From: Victivallales bacterium | GTDB lineage: Bacteria > Verrucomicrobiota > Lentisphaeria > Victivallales > GWF2-50-93 | NCBI GenBank assembly: GCA_049297395.1 | Contig: JBAQUG010000221.1 | Location: 3,301-67,300 of the forward strand | Length of the DNA stretch: 64,000 nucleotides | Reading direction: 5' to 3' | Shown here: positions 51,115 to 60,480 of the stretch, piece by piece | How the letters are laid out: the number at the start of each line of letters is the position of its first letter | Position numbering within the stretch: the stretch's first letter is position 1 | Notes under the pieces: model-generated | Seen by the model: only the letters and a program-made list of their open reading frames with translations | The model's database searches: none | Told to the model about the DNA's origin: nothing | Program-made: the position numbers and the translations under genes

Positions 51115-52434
51115 ATGTTTGAAGATGAAATCCAAAGGAAAATAGCTGACTTCAAGGAACTCGGGATACCTGCATATACTCCGAGGGAAAACAGAGTCCC
51201 GTTTGTCAACGAAATGATAACTGCCATAATCGGAGCCAGAAGGACGGGAAAAAGCTATAGGGCTCTTCAGGCAGCCGATGAATTCATCAAGTCGGGATTC
51301 ATCAAGTCCGCCGCCAATATCTGCCGGATTGATTTCGACAATCCGGTTCTGTCGCAGATGAAATCTTCCGACTTGTCGCTCATCCAGAAGATTTTCCTTA
51401 AAGTGAATCCGGAATTTGATCTGAAGACAAAGCTGATATTCGTCCTGGATGAAATCCACAGGATAAGCGGATGGGAGGAATATGCCATAGAGCTTTCAAG
51501 GAATCAAAATTGGAAAGTCATCATTACCGGTTCATCATCGGAAATGCTCAGGGATAAAATCGCGTCTTCGCTGAGAGGGAAATCCCTCTCCTCCGTTGTC
51601 TACCCCCTCTCCTTCAGCGAGTATTTGAACTTCCGTGGCTTTTCATTGGACAGGGAATCTACAAAAGGACAGGCCGAACTAAGACGGCATTTTGACGAAT
51701 ATCTTAAATGGGGCGCATATCCCGCAATCGCGAATCTTGACGAGTTTTCGAAGGAATCTGTCATCCGGGAATACTTCGACACCATGCTTCTTAAGGACAT
51801 AATCCAGCGTTTCAATGTCAGCCGCCCGAAGCAGTGCATCATGCTTTACTCATACCTGCTGTCAAATATGGCAGGGCCATACACTTTGCAGGCCGCCTAT
51901 AAGTTCCTTGTTTCGTCCGGATATAAGACCAGCAAGGACAATCTCAGGAACTATGTTCATTGGGCCGAGGACGCCTGGCTTTTATTTACTGTCCCGGTAA
52001 TGTCATCTTCACGGAAGGAACAGGAAAGGAACTACAAGAAGGTATATTGCATTGACTGGGCGCTTTCCATGAGGAACAGCACCGTGTGGGATGGCTCATG
52101 CTCGCGTGCCCTTGAGAATATGATCTATCTCCATCTCAGGAGAAACTTCTCCAGGGTATTTTTCTATCTCACCAAAACCGGAAGGAAGGAGATTGATTTC
52201 ATTCCGCTTGACAGCTCCGGCAAACCCCGCTCGTGCATCCAAGTCTGCCAGGACCTAAGCTCCACGGAAACTCTTGAAAGAGAGCTTGAACCTCTTTTTG
52301 CGACTGCGAAATATTTCGGGACTTCAGAAAATTATATCATTACCTTGAATCAGGAAAAGGAATTCAGCGACGGGAAAGTCAAAGTCCATGCTGTTCCGGC
52401 ATTCAAATGGCTGTTGGCAAATCAGGAAGTATGA
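51115..52434 (+). CDS. AAA-type ATPase with a DUF4143-like C-terminal region (orphan ATP-binding protein)
   Basis: Walker A IIGARRTGKSY and Walker B-like IFVLDEIH. Length and architecture fit the AAA_14 + DUF4143 family. Confidence 0.75.
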   Translation: MFEDEIQRKIADFKELGIPAYTPRENRVPFVNEMITAIIGARRTGKSYRALQAADEFIKSGFIKSAANICRIDFDNPVLSQMKSSDLSLIQKIFLKVNPEFDLKTKLIFVLDEIHRISGWEEYAIELSRNQNWKVIITGSSSEMLRDKIASSLRGKSLSSVVYPLSFSEYLNFRGFSLDRESTKGQAELRRHFDEYLKWGAYPAIANLDEFSKESVIREYFDTMLLKDIIQRFNVSRPKQCIMLYSYLLSNMAGPYTLQAAYKFLVSSGYKTSKDNLRNYVHWAEDAWLLFTVPVMSSSRKEQERNYKKVYCIDWALSMRNSTVWDGSCSRALENMIYLHLRRNFSRVFFYLTKTGRKEIDFIPLDSSGKPRSCIQVCQDLSSTETLERELEPLFATAKYFGTSENYIITLNQEKEFSDGKVKVHAVPAFKWLLANQEV

Positions 52435-52438
52435 TTAA

Positions 52439-52474
52439 GGAGCCGTAAAGAAATAATTATTTCTGTACGGCTCC
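52439..52474 (+). terminator. Long near-perfect hairpin 5 nt after the ATPase stop
   Basis: GGAGCCGTA.AGAAATA-AT-TATTTCT.TACGGCTCC: 16 paired positions with one internal mismatch. No T-tract follows. Confidence 0.4.
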
Positions 52475-52511
52475 TAGAATAGGGACGAAAACAAACGAGG
52501 ATAAAGTTGCT

Positions 52512-53519
52512 ATGAAAAAACATGAAGGAATACCTGGAAAAGTTGACAACCCTGTAGATGAAACTGCCGATATGGCCTACATCCGGGCGAACACGGACTG
52601 GCTGGCGAAATGCCGGTACGGCATCAGTGTGCATTGGACGGCCAGAAGCATGCCGCGGCATGGCGCGGCAGTGGATTTCCAGGAAGCCGTTCGACAATTC
52701 AATGTGGATGCTTTCCTGGAGCAGATGCTGGAGAGCGGCGCGGACTACCTCATCTTCACAGTCACGCACGCGCTTCAAATGATTCCCGCGCCAAATCCAG
52801 TGGTGGACCGGATACTGCCCGGACGCACCTGCGACCGGGATCTGCTCATGGAACTCGCTGATCGTCTTGCCCGACATGGGAAACACCTGATCCTGTACTA
52901 CAACCACTCCTGCAACCAGAAGGGAGATGCCGAGTGGGAACAGGCGGTCGGCTATCACGATGCCGACAAGAGCCGTTTCGCGGCCAATCTTCAGGAAATT
53001 GTCGCGTGGATGGGGCGAAGATACGGTGAAAAGGTCAGGGCGTGGTGGTTCGACAGTTCATATTCCGTGGATCCGCGAGGTCCGCACAATTCAGTGACGA
53101 CCGACCTGCATGGCTTCCAGTTTCCGTGGGAATCATACAGCCAGTCGGCCAAGGCGGGATATCCACAGCGGCTGGTGACGTTCAACGCCGGTGTCAACGA
53201 AACCTTCCTCTATACCTCCCACCAGGACTACTGGTCGGGGGAGCTGGTGGATCTCAATAACCCGCCGGCGGTGCGATATATGGCCAATGGGCTGCAATGG
53301 CATGGCTGGACGTGCCTGGATGACCGCGACTGGGTTCACGCGAAAGCCGATACCGAAGCCGGCGGTCCGCTTTATTCCGACGAGGAACTCCATCGTTTTA
53401 TGGACATCTGCCGGCGGCACTCGGCCCCCATGACCTTTAATGTTATCATCTATCAGGACGGCACAATGTCACCCGGATCCATCCAGCAACTCCAACGGAC
53501 GGGCAGACATCTGGGTTGA
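52512..53519 (+). CDS. Glycoside-hydrolase-like TIM-barrel protein, distantly GH29 (alpha-L-fucosidase)-like; weak call
   Basis: The pattern WLAKCRYGISVHWT ... FNVDAFLEQMLESGADYLIFTVTH ... DLLMELADRLARHGKHLILYYN parallels the N-terminal half of GH29 enzymes, but the usual KHHDGF block is not conserved. Confidence 0.35.
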   Translation: MKKHEGIPGKVDNPVDETADMAYIRANTDWLAKCRYGISVHWTARSMPRHGAAVDFQEAVRQFNVDAFLEQMLESGADYLIFTVTHALQMIPAPNPVVDRILPGRTCDRDLLMELADRLARHGKHLILYYNHSCNQKGDAEWEQAVGYHDADKSRFAANLQEIVAWMGRRYGEKVRAWWFDSSYSVDPRGPHNSVTTDLHGFQFPWESYSQSAKAGYPQRLVTFNAGVNETFLYTSHQDYWSGELVDLNNPPAVRYMANGLQWHGWTCLDDRDWVHAKADTEAGGPLYSDEELHRFMDICRRHSAPMTFNVIIYQDGTMSPGSIQQLQRTGRHLG

Positions 53520-53934
53520 TCCTAACCCGGCGTAGCCGGAAACAAAGTATCAGGGTGTCAAAGCATCAAAGTTTTTCTCTGACACTCTGACACTGTGATT
53601 TTAGGAAGGAAAATCAATAAACCTGCCCCAAATCATTGCGGATGATTTATCCTGGACTTTAAAAAGTCTTCAAGATAAGATTATGCCGGGCAATGCCACC
53701 GCCGAATTACGGCTTGAACTGCTTGACCAGATAAGAACTTTTTTTGTCTTATCCTAAAGCCTGTCCGCAGGAACAGCCTTGTTGTAGACCTTTGTTGCGA
53801 TCTGGGAATTTATTATTGGGTGATGAATTCCTATGACAAGCTTTTTGATCTGGTCATCAATAACGATTATAAGATCGCATCCGAGGCTTTCGGCTACGCC
53901 TGACAAAGTATTTCTACTTTTTTCATGAAACCGC

Positions 53935-53963
53935 TTGACAATATTCAAGAAAATAGATATAAT
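53935..53963 (+). promoter_or_regulatory. Consensus sigma70-type promoter upstream of the LacI-family gene
   Basis: TTGACA (53935-53940), a 17-nt spacer, then TATAAT (53958-53963). Confidence 0.6.
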
Positions 53964-53970
53964 GTCTCAG

Positions 53971-53988
53971 TGTTCAACCGGTTTAACA
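53971..53988 (+). promoter_or_regulatory. Candidate LacI-family operator
   Basis: TGTTCAACCGGTTTAACA is palindromic at 16 of 18 positions, with a central CCGG. It lies ~8 nt downstream of the -10 box. Confidence 0.45.
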
Positions 53989-54011
53989 GATAATTGACAG
54001 GATATGGCAAT

Positions 54012-55040
54012 ATGCGGCACGGCAGAACAACAATTTCAGACATAGCAAGAGAGGCTGGCGTAGATAAGTCAACGGTTTCGCTGGTACTAAACCGCAAACC
54101 TCTTGCAAGCCGAATCAGGAAAGACACCCAGCGGCGAATATTTGCAATTGTGAAAAGGTTAAATTACCAGCCGTCGTTTGTCGCAAAATCCCTGTTCACC
54201 GGAAAAACTATGATGCTGGGGCTGCTTGTCGGCGGGATCGAGACACCATTCTTTGCGGAACTGACGAATACCGCATTGGAGGCTGCCGACGAACGAGGCT
54301 ATTACATGCTGGTGTCCGCCACCAGGTGGGATTTAGAAAGGGAGCGCAAGGCACTTCGGCTATTGTTGCAGCGACAAGTTGACGGGATAATCTGCGCAGT
54401 GGGCGGATTGTGCCCCCTGGGCGGACAGCATGAACTTTATAAATTTATAATAGAGCAACATTATCCGATGGTGCTTTTGGGCTATCAGGCGGACGGGCTT
54501 TCTTCTGTATGTCCAGATTACAGCACCGGCATGGATGAAGCGGTAAGGCTGCTGGCGGAAAATGGACATACCCGGATTGGATACTGCTTCCATGGCATCC
54601 AATGGAACGACAAGGAGGAATCTTTCTTATCCGTCTGCGGCAGACACAATATTGAAGCGGTAAGATACCTGCAGGAAGCGGGCCCGTGCGGAATGAATAA
54701 AATTGCCGGTGAAATTATCAAGTCCGGCCATCCGAAAGCGTTTCTGGTGTTTGACGACAGCTCCGCCATGGAAATGATTGCTGCCCTCAAGGATATCGGC
54801 GGATCTGTACCGGATGATTTCGACATTATCGGCATCGACGGCATTGCCTGGGGGGCGAGTTATCGTCCAAAATTGACTACCATAAAGCAGGATTTGACGC
54901 AGTTGATGAATTCAGCGGTGAATCTGCTGGTGGAGATGATCGGAAATCCAGAATGGGAAGCGAAAAATATTTCTGTCCCGACACGTCTGCTTATAAAAGA
55001 GACGGTAAATTTAAAAAAAGGAGGGCGGCATGAAAAATGA
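54012..55040 (+). CDS. LacI-family transcriptional regulator
   Basis: The [27 protein letters not shown] is followed by a periplasmic-binding-protein-like sugar-binding fold of the right length. First ATG at 54012; the track start is TTG at 53994. Confidence 0.85.
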   Translation: MRHGRTTISDIAREAGVDKSTVSLVLNRKPLASRIRKDTQRRIFAIVKRLNYQPSFVAKSLFTGKTMMLGLLVGGIETPFFAELTNTALEAADERGYYMLVSATRWDLERERKALRLLLQRQVDGIICAVGGLCPLGGQHELYKFIIEQHYPMVLLGYQADGLSSVCPDYSTGMDEAVRLLAENGHTRIGYCFHGIQWNDKEESFLSVCGRHNIEAVRYLQEAGPCGMNKIAGEIIKSGHPKAFLVFDDSSAMEMIAALKDIGGSVPDDFDIIGIDGIAWGASYRPKLTTIKQDLTQLMNSAVNLLVEMIGNPEWEAKNISVPTRLLIKETVNLKKGGRHEK

Positions 55041-55761
55041 AAAACAACCGATTGATATTTACTTTCCACAGGAAAGTAAATGTAAGTCCATACCGTACCG
55101 TTTGACAGGTAACATGCCATTCACACTTATCGAGCTACTCGTGGTGATTGCGATTATCGCAATTCTCGCGGCCATGCTCCTGCCTGCGCTGAAGGCCGCC
55201 AAGGATCAGGCCAATAGAATTTTATGCACAAGCAATATCAGGCAATGCGGAACAGGCCTGTTGTCCTACGCCGACGACTACAATAATTACCTTCCCATGT
55301 ATGACGGGATGACATCGGTCAAACCGGTCTACGCCAAGTGGCAGGACATGATTTTCTGCTACGTCTATCCGGGACAGAATGTAACGGTCAACAATTATTA
55401 CTTGGAAGGAGGCATCCTTCCAAAGGGGGTCTTCCGTTGTCCAGCTCAGACCGAGATTTCCTCGGCCACCAGGTTCTGGCATTACGGTATCAATATATAT
55501 GTGTCTGACTGGATGCCGGAGTGCCGCTATATTGCAAGGGTTAAAAACCCCGATGGCAGGCTACTGCTAATCGACGCCAATCCCACCGTATACAGCGATC
55601 CAGTTGTCAGAAACGACTGGCGCGACATCGGGTTCCGCCATTCCCGCGCCGCCAACAATCTTTTTCTCGACAACCATGTCGAACTACGCAAGGGCAGCGA
55701 CATCAGCCTTGACCCTGTGAATGCTCCTGGACGCAACTATTGGGGGCAGTACAATGACTGA
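55030..55761 (+). CDS. Prepilin-type N-terminal methylation-domain protein with a degenerate H-X9-D(N) motif, module C
   Basis: Overlaps the lacI-family stop by 11 nt. Leader [30 protein letters not shown], then [29 protein letters not shown]-terminal [15 protein letters not shown]. Confidence 0.85.
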   Translation: MKNEKQPIDIYFPQESKCKSIPYRLTGNMPFTLIELLVVIAIIAILAAMLLPALKAAKDQANRILCTSNIRQCGTGLLSYADDYNNYLPMYDGMTSVKPVYAKWQDMIFCYVYPGQNVTVNNYYLEGGILPKGVFRCPAQTEISSATRFWHYGINIYVSDWMPECRYIARVKNPDGRLLLIDANPTVYSDPVVRNDWRDIGFRHSRAANNLFLDNHVELRKGSDISLDPVNAPGRNYWGQYND

Positions 55762-55803
55762 TAAGATAAAAACGAAGAATTAACAAAATGGAAGGAGATA
55801 CAC

Positions 55804-58800
55804 ATGACTGCTAGGCAAAATTTTTCTGGAAGTCATCTTTTAAGAGACTCCAAACTATTGCAGTTGGTGCTCGGGACGGGCGTAGTTGCGGTTGCGCTGA
55901 CAGCAGGCTCCATCCTGGGAATGGCTGGTGACGCAATGCCACCTGTATCATTCCCTGAGAACGGCGTTGTCTCCATCTCTCCTTCCGGAAACTACCTGCT
56001 GGACGGCAGACCGCGCTTCCTAATCGGAGCGCAGATACCAGAATACCTGAAACCGGGGATTGCCCCCACTGAAGGCTACCCGAAGGAACAGGCCTGGCTC
56101 TACGAGGAAGTATTGAACTACCGGAACGCCCAGCGCATCGGCTTCGACTCCGTCGGCTACTTCACCGTCGAGGACTGGATGTTCCAGCCCGACGGCAAGC
56201 AGGTCAATCCGGCCTGGTCCAAAAAGGACATCGGAGACTTCATCGCGGACATCCACCTTCCGCTCTACGTTGACTTCACCTGCTTCCCATGGTCGCACGG
56301 CAAGCTCGCCGGGATGAAGCTGGTTCCTCCTGCGGCCTTGAACGAGGGCGGCTCCAGCAGCGAGGGCAACCACTGGGTTCCCTACAGCGTCAGCTCGCCG
56401 GAGGGGCGCGCCATCTACGAGAAGCTTTGGCTCTCCGGCGCCAAACACATCAAGGAGTCCGGCGGCAAGGCTCTCTTCTACGAGCTCTTCAACGAGCCGG
56501 CCTACAACGACCGCAGTCCGTACAACCGCAAGCTTTTCGCGGATCTCATGAAGGGGCGCTACGGCTCCATCGAAAGTCTCAACGCCGACTGGCATTCAAA
56601 CTACGCAGACTTCGAAGCCGTCGGACAGTTCAAGTCCCAGGGCGAGAACGCGGCACTTTTCGTCGAATGGTGCAAGTTCATGGAGGACTCCTTCGCGGAT
56701 CTCTGCAAGTTTGGAGTGGAGACGGTCGGAAAAATTGATCCGTCGGCCCACTGCTGCGTCCAGGCGCTCGGAGGGGCTTCTCTGTCCATCCCCCGAACCA
56801 ATATCAACCTCTACAAGATCGGACTGCATTGTGACACGGTATCGACACCTACCGGCGGCAGTATAGGCTTCACACGCGGACTGGACGCGCCGGCCACGCA
56901 TGCCATCGACACAGCTCCCTTGCAGTCGGTGCCGTCCGGACTTCTCGAACGGCGTTTCTACCTCTCCCTCGCAAAAGGCAAGCCCCTTCACGACGGCGAG
57001 ATGTATTCCGGCACCACACGCGAGTCGTTGATGTCCACCCTCTGGCTTGAGGCCATACGCGGCCTCGACGCCTCCTACTTTTTCGTATGGACTCGCCGTT
57101 CCTGGGATCACGGCTGGCAGCCGGCCGGCTCCGAAAAGGGCGGGCGCAAAGTCGCCGAGAAGTTCGGCTACCTCATGCTGAATCCCTATGCGGTGGAACC
57201 GGATGCCATGCCGGGAATAATGGAGTTCAAGCGGGAGTATCTCCTGATCGACGATCTCTTCCAGCCCAGGGAGAACCGCGTCAGGCCGCAGATCTCCCTG
57301 CTCATCAGCTTCCCGACCATGCGCTACTCCATAGCCACAGGTGGTGCCAACCACAAGATTCCGCAGAACTACTCCGCCGCATTGGACTTCAGCCACCAGC
57401 CCTATGACGTCATCCTGGAGGAGCAGCTGCCGGAAGGCCGCCTTGATGGCTGCAAAGTCCTTCTGGTCCCGGGTGTCTCCAACATCCTCCCTGAGACAGC
57501 CAAATATGTGGGCGATTTCGTAAGAAGGGGAGGAGTGCTTGTCCTCGGTGCCGCGACAATGTCCTGCGACGAACACGGCAATCCACTCGAAAACTGGGAG
57601 GAGGAGCTTGACCTCAGTATTGGGAAATCCATAGGCGCGGAAGTCTCCACTCTCTCGCTGGACTTTCCACAGCCGCCGGAACTGCCCGGACAACTCAAAT
57701 GCAAAATTGAAAGTGAAATCAATGCCGGCAGCGCCTGGCAGAAGATAGGCAGCGTCGGACGGGCGCCCGCCCTTCTGAAACGTGAGTTCGGCAAGGGGCG
57801 CATCTACTTCGTCGGCGCGAAGATGCCTGACTACTCGCTGGCAGGTGCGCTTGGAGGAATCCTCCTCAAGGAGGGTGTATTCAAACCCTGTCTCCTGATG
57901 GACGCCAACAGCGGCGAACTTGAGCCCAACGTCGAAATGCACGTGGCTCAGCGCGGCAGCAGGACCGGTGTCTTCCTCTACAACTGGGATTCCTATCCTA
58001 AACTCGCCAAATTGAAGCTCAATTCGTGCAAGAATGCCTTCATTGCGATCGATCCGTTCGCGAAGGATATGCTGCCGCAAACTGACGGAACGATCTCCCT
58101 TCTGCTGCCTCCGCACAAGCGAGTCGTGACGGTCTGCGGCCCGGCAGAGGAAATGTCAAATATCTATGGCGGGACAAAACACGTCTCCGTCGGGGAATTG
58201 CGCGAGCGCCTCGCTCAGACGCCGCACCTGCCCAAGCCAAAGGCTCTGGAGGACGACAATTTCAGTTTCAAGGCGGATCTCTCCAAGACCAGGATCCTCG
58301 ACCTGCGGAGCTTCGTCAACCGGCATTTCGAGGACTCTGTCCCGGGCGACGGCAAGGGAGGCTGGACGGACCAGGGCCGTGAAAACAGCCTTTTCGGAGT
58401 CCCCTGGGGCATCACGACGCTCTGCGGAGTTCCCTTCGACCTCATCCGCTTCGATCAGAATGAAAACAGGACCTGCCTTGTGCTGGCTTCCCAGAACATC
58501 AAAGGAGTGCCGTTGAAAGTAGAAGGAATCCCGGTCGACGACAAGGTCAAGGCCATCTACTTCCTGCACGCCACAGCCTGGGAAGGCGACAAGAACGAGT
58601 CCTTCCGCTACATAGTCGAATATGCCGACGGCGGCAAGGATGTCGTCCCAATCCGCAACAACATCGAGATCTCCGACTGGTGGTTTGGCAAAACTCCCAA
58701 TCAGCTGGAGGCTAAAAAAGCCTGGCATAACTCCGATAACAGGGGCCTCTACGCCTACAAATGGACTAGTCCGCACCCGGAGAAGACCGTGCAAAGCATC

Positions 58801-58866
58801 TCGGTCGAATCCGCAAACGGGCCGAGCATCCCTCTTATAGTTGCAATAACCATTGAAACACCTTGA
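55804..58866 (+). CDS. Large clan GH-A glycoside hydrolase with GH42-like (beta-galactosidase-type) architecture
   Basis: N-terminal membrane anchor LLQLVLGTGVVAVALTAGSILG. FYELFNEPAYN carries the acid/base NEP motif. The middle segment CKVLLVPGVSNILPETAKYVGDFVRRGGVLVLGAATMSCDEHGN resembles the GH42 trimerisation (glutamine-amidotransferase-like) domain. There is about 300 aa of additional C-terminal sequence. Confidence 0.5.
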   Translation: MTARQNFSGSHLLRDSKLLQLVLGTGVVAVALTAGSILGMAGDAMPPVSFPENGVVSISPSGNYLLDGRPRFLIGAQIPEYLKPGIAPTEGYPKEQAWLYEEVLNYRNAQRIGFDSVGYFTVEDWMFQPDGKQVNPAWSKKDIGDFIADIHLPLYVDFTCFPWSHGKLAGMKLVPPAALNEGGSSSEGNHWVPYSVSSPEGRAIYEKLWLSGAKHIKESGGKALFYELFNEPAYNDRSPYNRKLFADLMKGRYGSIESLNADWHSNYADFEAVGQFKSQGENAALFVEWCKFMEDSFADLCKFGVETVGKIDPSAHCCVQALGGASLSIPRTNINLYKIGLHCDTVSTPTGGSIGFTRGLDAPATHAIDTAPLQSVPSGLLERRFYLSLAKGKPLHDGEMYSGTTRESLMSTLWLEAIRGLDASYFFVWTRRSWDHGWQPAGSEKGGRKVAEKFGYLMLNPYAVEPDAMPGIMEFKREYLLIDDLFQPRENRVRPQISLLISFPTMRYSIATGGANHKIPQNYSAALDFSHQPYDVILEEQLPEGRLDGCKVLLVPGVSNILPETAKYVGDFVRRGGVLVLGAATMSCDEHGNPLENWEEELDLSIGKSIGAEVSTLSLDFPQPPELPGQLKCKIESEINAGSAWQKIGSVGRAPALLKREFGKGRIYFVGAKMPDYSLAGALGGILLKEGVFKPCLLMDANSGELEPNVEMHVAQRGSRTGVFLYNWDSYPKLAKLKLNSCKNAFIAIDPFAKDMLPQTDGTISLLLPPHKRVVTVCGPAEEMSNIYGGTKHVSVGELRERLAQTPHLPKPKALEDDNFSFKADLSKTRILDLRSFVNRHFEDSVPGDGKGGWTDQGRENSLFGVPWGITTLCGVPFDLIRFDQNENRTCLVLASQNIKGVPLKVEGIPVDDKVKAIYFLHATAWEGDKNESFRYIVEYADGGKDVVPIRNNIEISDWWFGKTPNQLEAKKAWHNSDNRGLYAYKWTSPHPEKTVQSISVESANGPSIPLIVAITIETP

Positions 58867-58881
58867 TAAAGGAGAACAGAA

Positions 58882-59484
58882 ATGAAATCAGCACTCGCAG
58901 CAACCATTCTCGTCGTCGGCCTGATGGCTGTCGCGGCAGTCCAGGATATCGTCCTCTTCGACGGCTCTGTCAAGGACGGCTGGACTTTCGCCAACTGGTT
59001 CGGAGCCACGCTTTCGGCCATCGACGACCCATCGAACCAGGGGAGGAAAATCCTCAAGTTCACCGCCTCGAAGGAAGCTAAGGCATGGGCGGGCTCGCAT
59101 TTCACGACCATGATGGGTTCAATACCCGGTGGCAACGCACCGGCTCTGCCCAAGGAGTTAGCCGAGTCTGGAAAGCTTACATTTTTAATCAACGGATCCG
59201 ATGACGAATTTGGGTTCCATCACGGGGAGCAGAACATTCAGGTCTGCCTTGGCAAACGCGTCTCGGAGCAGGGCGAATGGAAGACTGGCCCATATCTAGC
59301 CATAGCCCCCTTTATCGAGGGCAAGGCTGTCGACTCCAACAAGGAGAGCTGGCAGAAGGCATCGATCCCCCTGAGTTCCCTCCTGAAAGCTGTCGATCTC
59401 GACTGCATCGGAAGCATCGGCTTCCAGTTCGTGGACGCCACGCCGTCCGCAGGAGTCCTGATCGACAAAATAAGAATCGAATGA
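58882..59484 (+). CDS. Small secreted hypothetical protein (beta-sandwich / CBM-like guess)
   Basis: Signal peptide MKSALAATILVVGLMAVAAVQ. 200 aa. An AGGAGAA RBS-like sequence lies upstream. No family motif recognised. Confidence 0.5.
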   Translation: MKSALAATILVVGLMAVAAVQDIVLFDGSVKDGWTFANWFGATLSAIDDPSNQGRKILKFTASKEAKAWAGSHFTTMMGSIPGGNAPALPKELAESGKLTFLINGSDDEFGFHHGEQNIQVCLGKRVSEQGEWKTGPYLAIAPFIEGKAVDSNKESWQKASIPLSSLLKAVDLDCIGSIGFQFVDATPSAGVLIDKIRIE

Positions 59485-59491
59485 GGAATTT

Positions 59492-60436
59492 ATGAATATC
59501 GGAATTATATTGAGGAGGAAACCTTTTTCCAGGGGAATCAACTTTTTAGGACTGAATGCGGTCTTCTCGTTTACCGCTGCGATCATCTGCTTTTGTGGCA
59601 TGCAGTGGTTTGCCTGCGGGGAGGACTTAAAAAAGGAGGAGTCGGTGGTAAAACCTTCAAAGAAGCTGCCAGTCGCAGGAGAAGTCTTCAGTGTGAATGG
59701 CTGTACAGCATTTATAATTCTGCCAGGACAAGTTCCTGTCGGTAACATGACACCATGGGTATGGTACGCCCCGACACTTCCAGCTCTGCCGGGTCCGGAG
59801 GAGAAGTGGATGTTTCAGAAGTTCGTGGATGCCGGCATTGCGGTCGCCGGGATCGATGTAGGTGAATCGTTTGGCAGTCCGAACGGCAGAGCTCTCTTTT
59901 CCTCCTTCTACAAGGAACTTGTCCTGAAGCGCGGACTCTCGAAGACGCCCTGCCTGCTGGCGAGAAGCCGCGGCGGGCTGATGCTCTATAACTGGGCGGC
60001 GGAGAATCCCGAGTCCTTGGCCTGCATAGCCGGCATCTATCCGGTCTGCAACCTCAGCAGCTATCCTGGACTCAAGACCGCCTGCGGCGCATACGGCATG
60101 ACTGAAGAGCAGCTCGGTGCCAATCTGGCTGAGCACAATCCTATTGATCGCCTGGCTCCACTGGCAAAAGCAAAGGTGCCCATCTTTCACATCCATGGAG
60201 ATGTCGATACAACGGTTCCTCTGGAAAAGAACTCGGGCGAACTGGAGAAGAGGTACACCGCGCAGGGCGGAAACATGACGCTCAAGGTGGTCAATGGCCA
60301 GGGTCACAACTATTGGTCCGGCTGGTTCCAGTGCCAGGAACTGGTCGATTTCGTGATCGCCCACGCCAAAAAAGAAAAACCGGACAAGAAGCCGGAGACT
60401 GCCGGCACGGAAGCCGCTCCACAGTCCAAGCGCTGA
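59492..60436 (+). CDS. Alpha/beta-hydrolase-fold esterase (dienelactone hydrolase / prolyl oligopeptidase-like)
   Basis: N-terminal hydrophobic anchor. Nucleophile-elbow-like LLARSRGGLML and FHIHGDVDTTVP (His-region pattern). Lys/Glu-rich C-terminal tail. Confidence 0.65.
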   Translation: MNIGIILRRKPFSRGINFLGLNAVFSFTAAIICFCGMQWFACGEDLKKEESVVKPSKKLPVAGEVFSVNGCTAFIILPGQVPVGNMTPWVWYAPTLPALPGPEEKWMFQKFVDAGIAVAGIDVGESFGSPNGRALFSSFYKELVLKRGLSKTPCLLARSRGGLMLYNWAAENPESLACIAGIYPVCNLSSYPGLKTACGAYGMTEEQLGANLAEHNPIDRLAPLAKAKVPIFHIHGDVDTTVPLEKNSGELEKRYTAQGGNMTLKVVNGQGHNYWSGWFQCQELVDFVIAHAKKEKPDKKPETAGTEAAPQSKR

Positions 60437-60480
60437 CATCGGACAGTTTTTCAATTGATTTAAAAAACATCTGTGAAGAC

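Noticed and set aside
53754-53948. A 64-aa minus-strand ORF upstream of the LacI promoter.
   Set aside because: It is short, has no RBS or family motif that I can recognise, and overlaps the promoter region. It may be a gene remnant, but I cannot support a call.
56596-58116. A 506-aa ORF on the minus strand.
   Set aside because: It lies entirely antisense to the 1020-aa GH42-like gene, which has clear family motifs. The sequence is Arg/Gly/Ala/Pro-rich low-complexity, as expected for the antisense frame of G+C-rich coding DNA. It has no recognisable domain or RBS.
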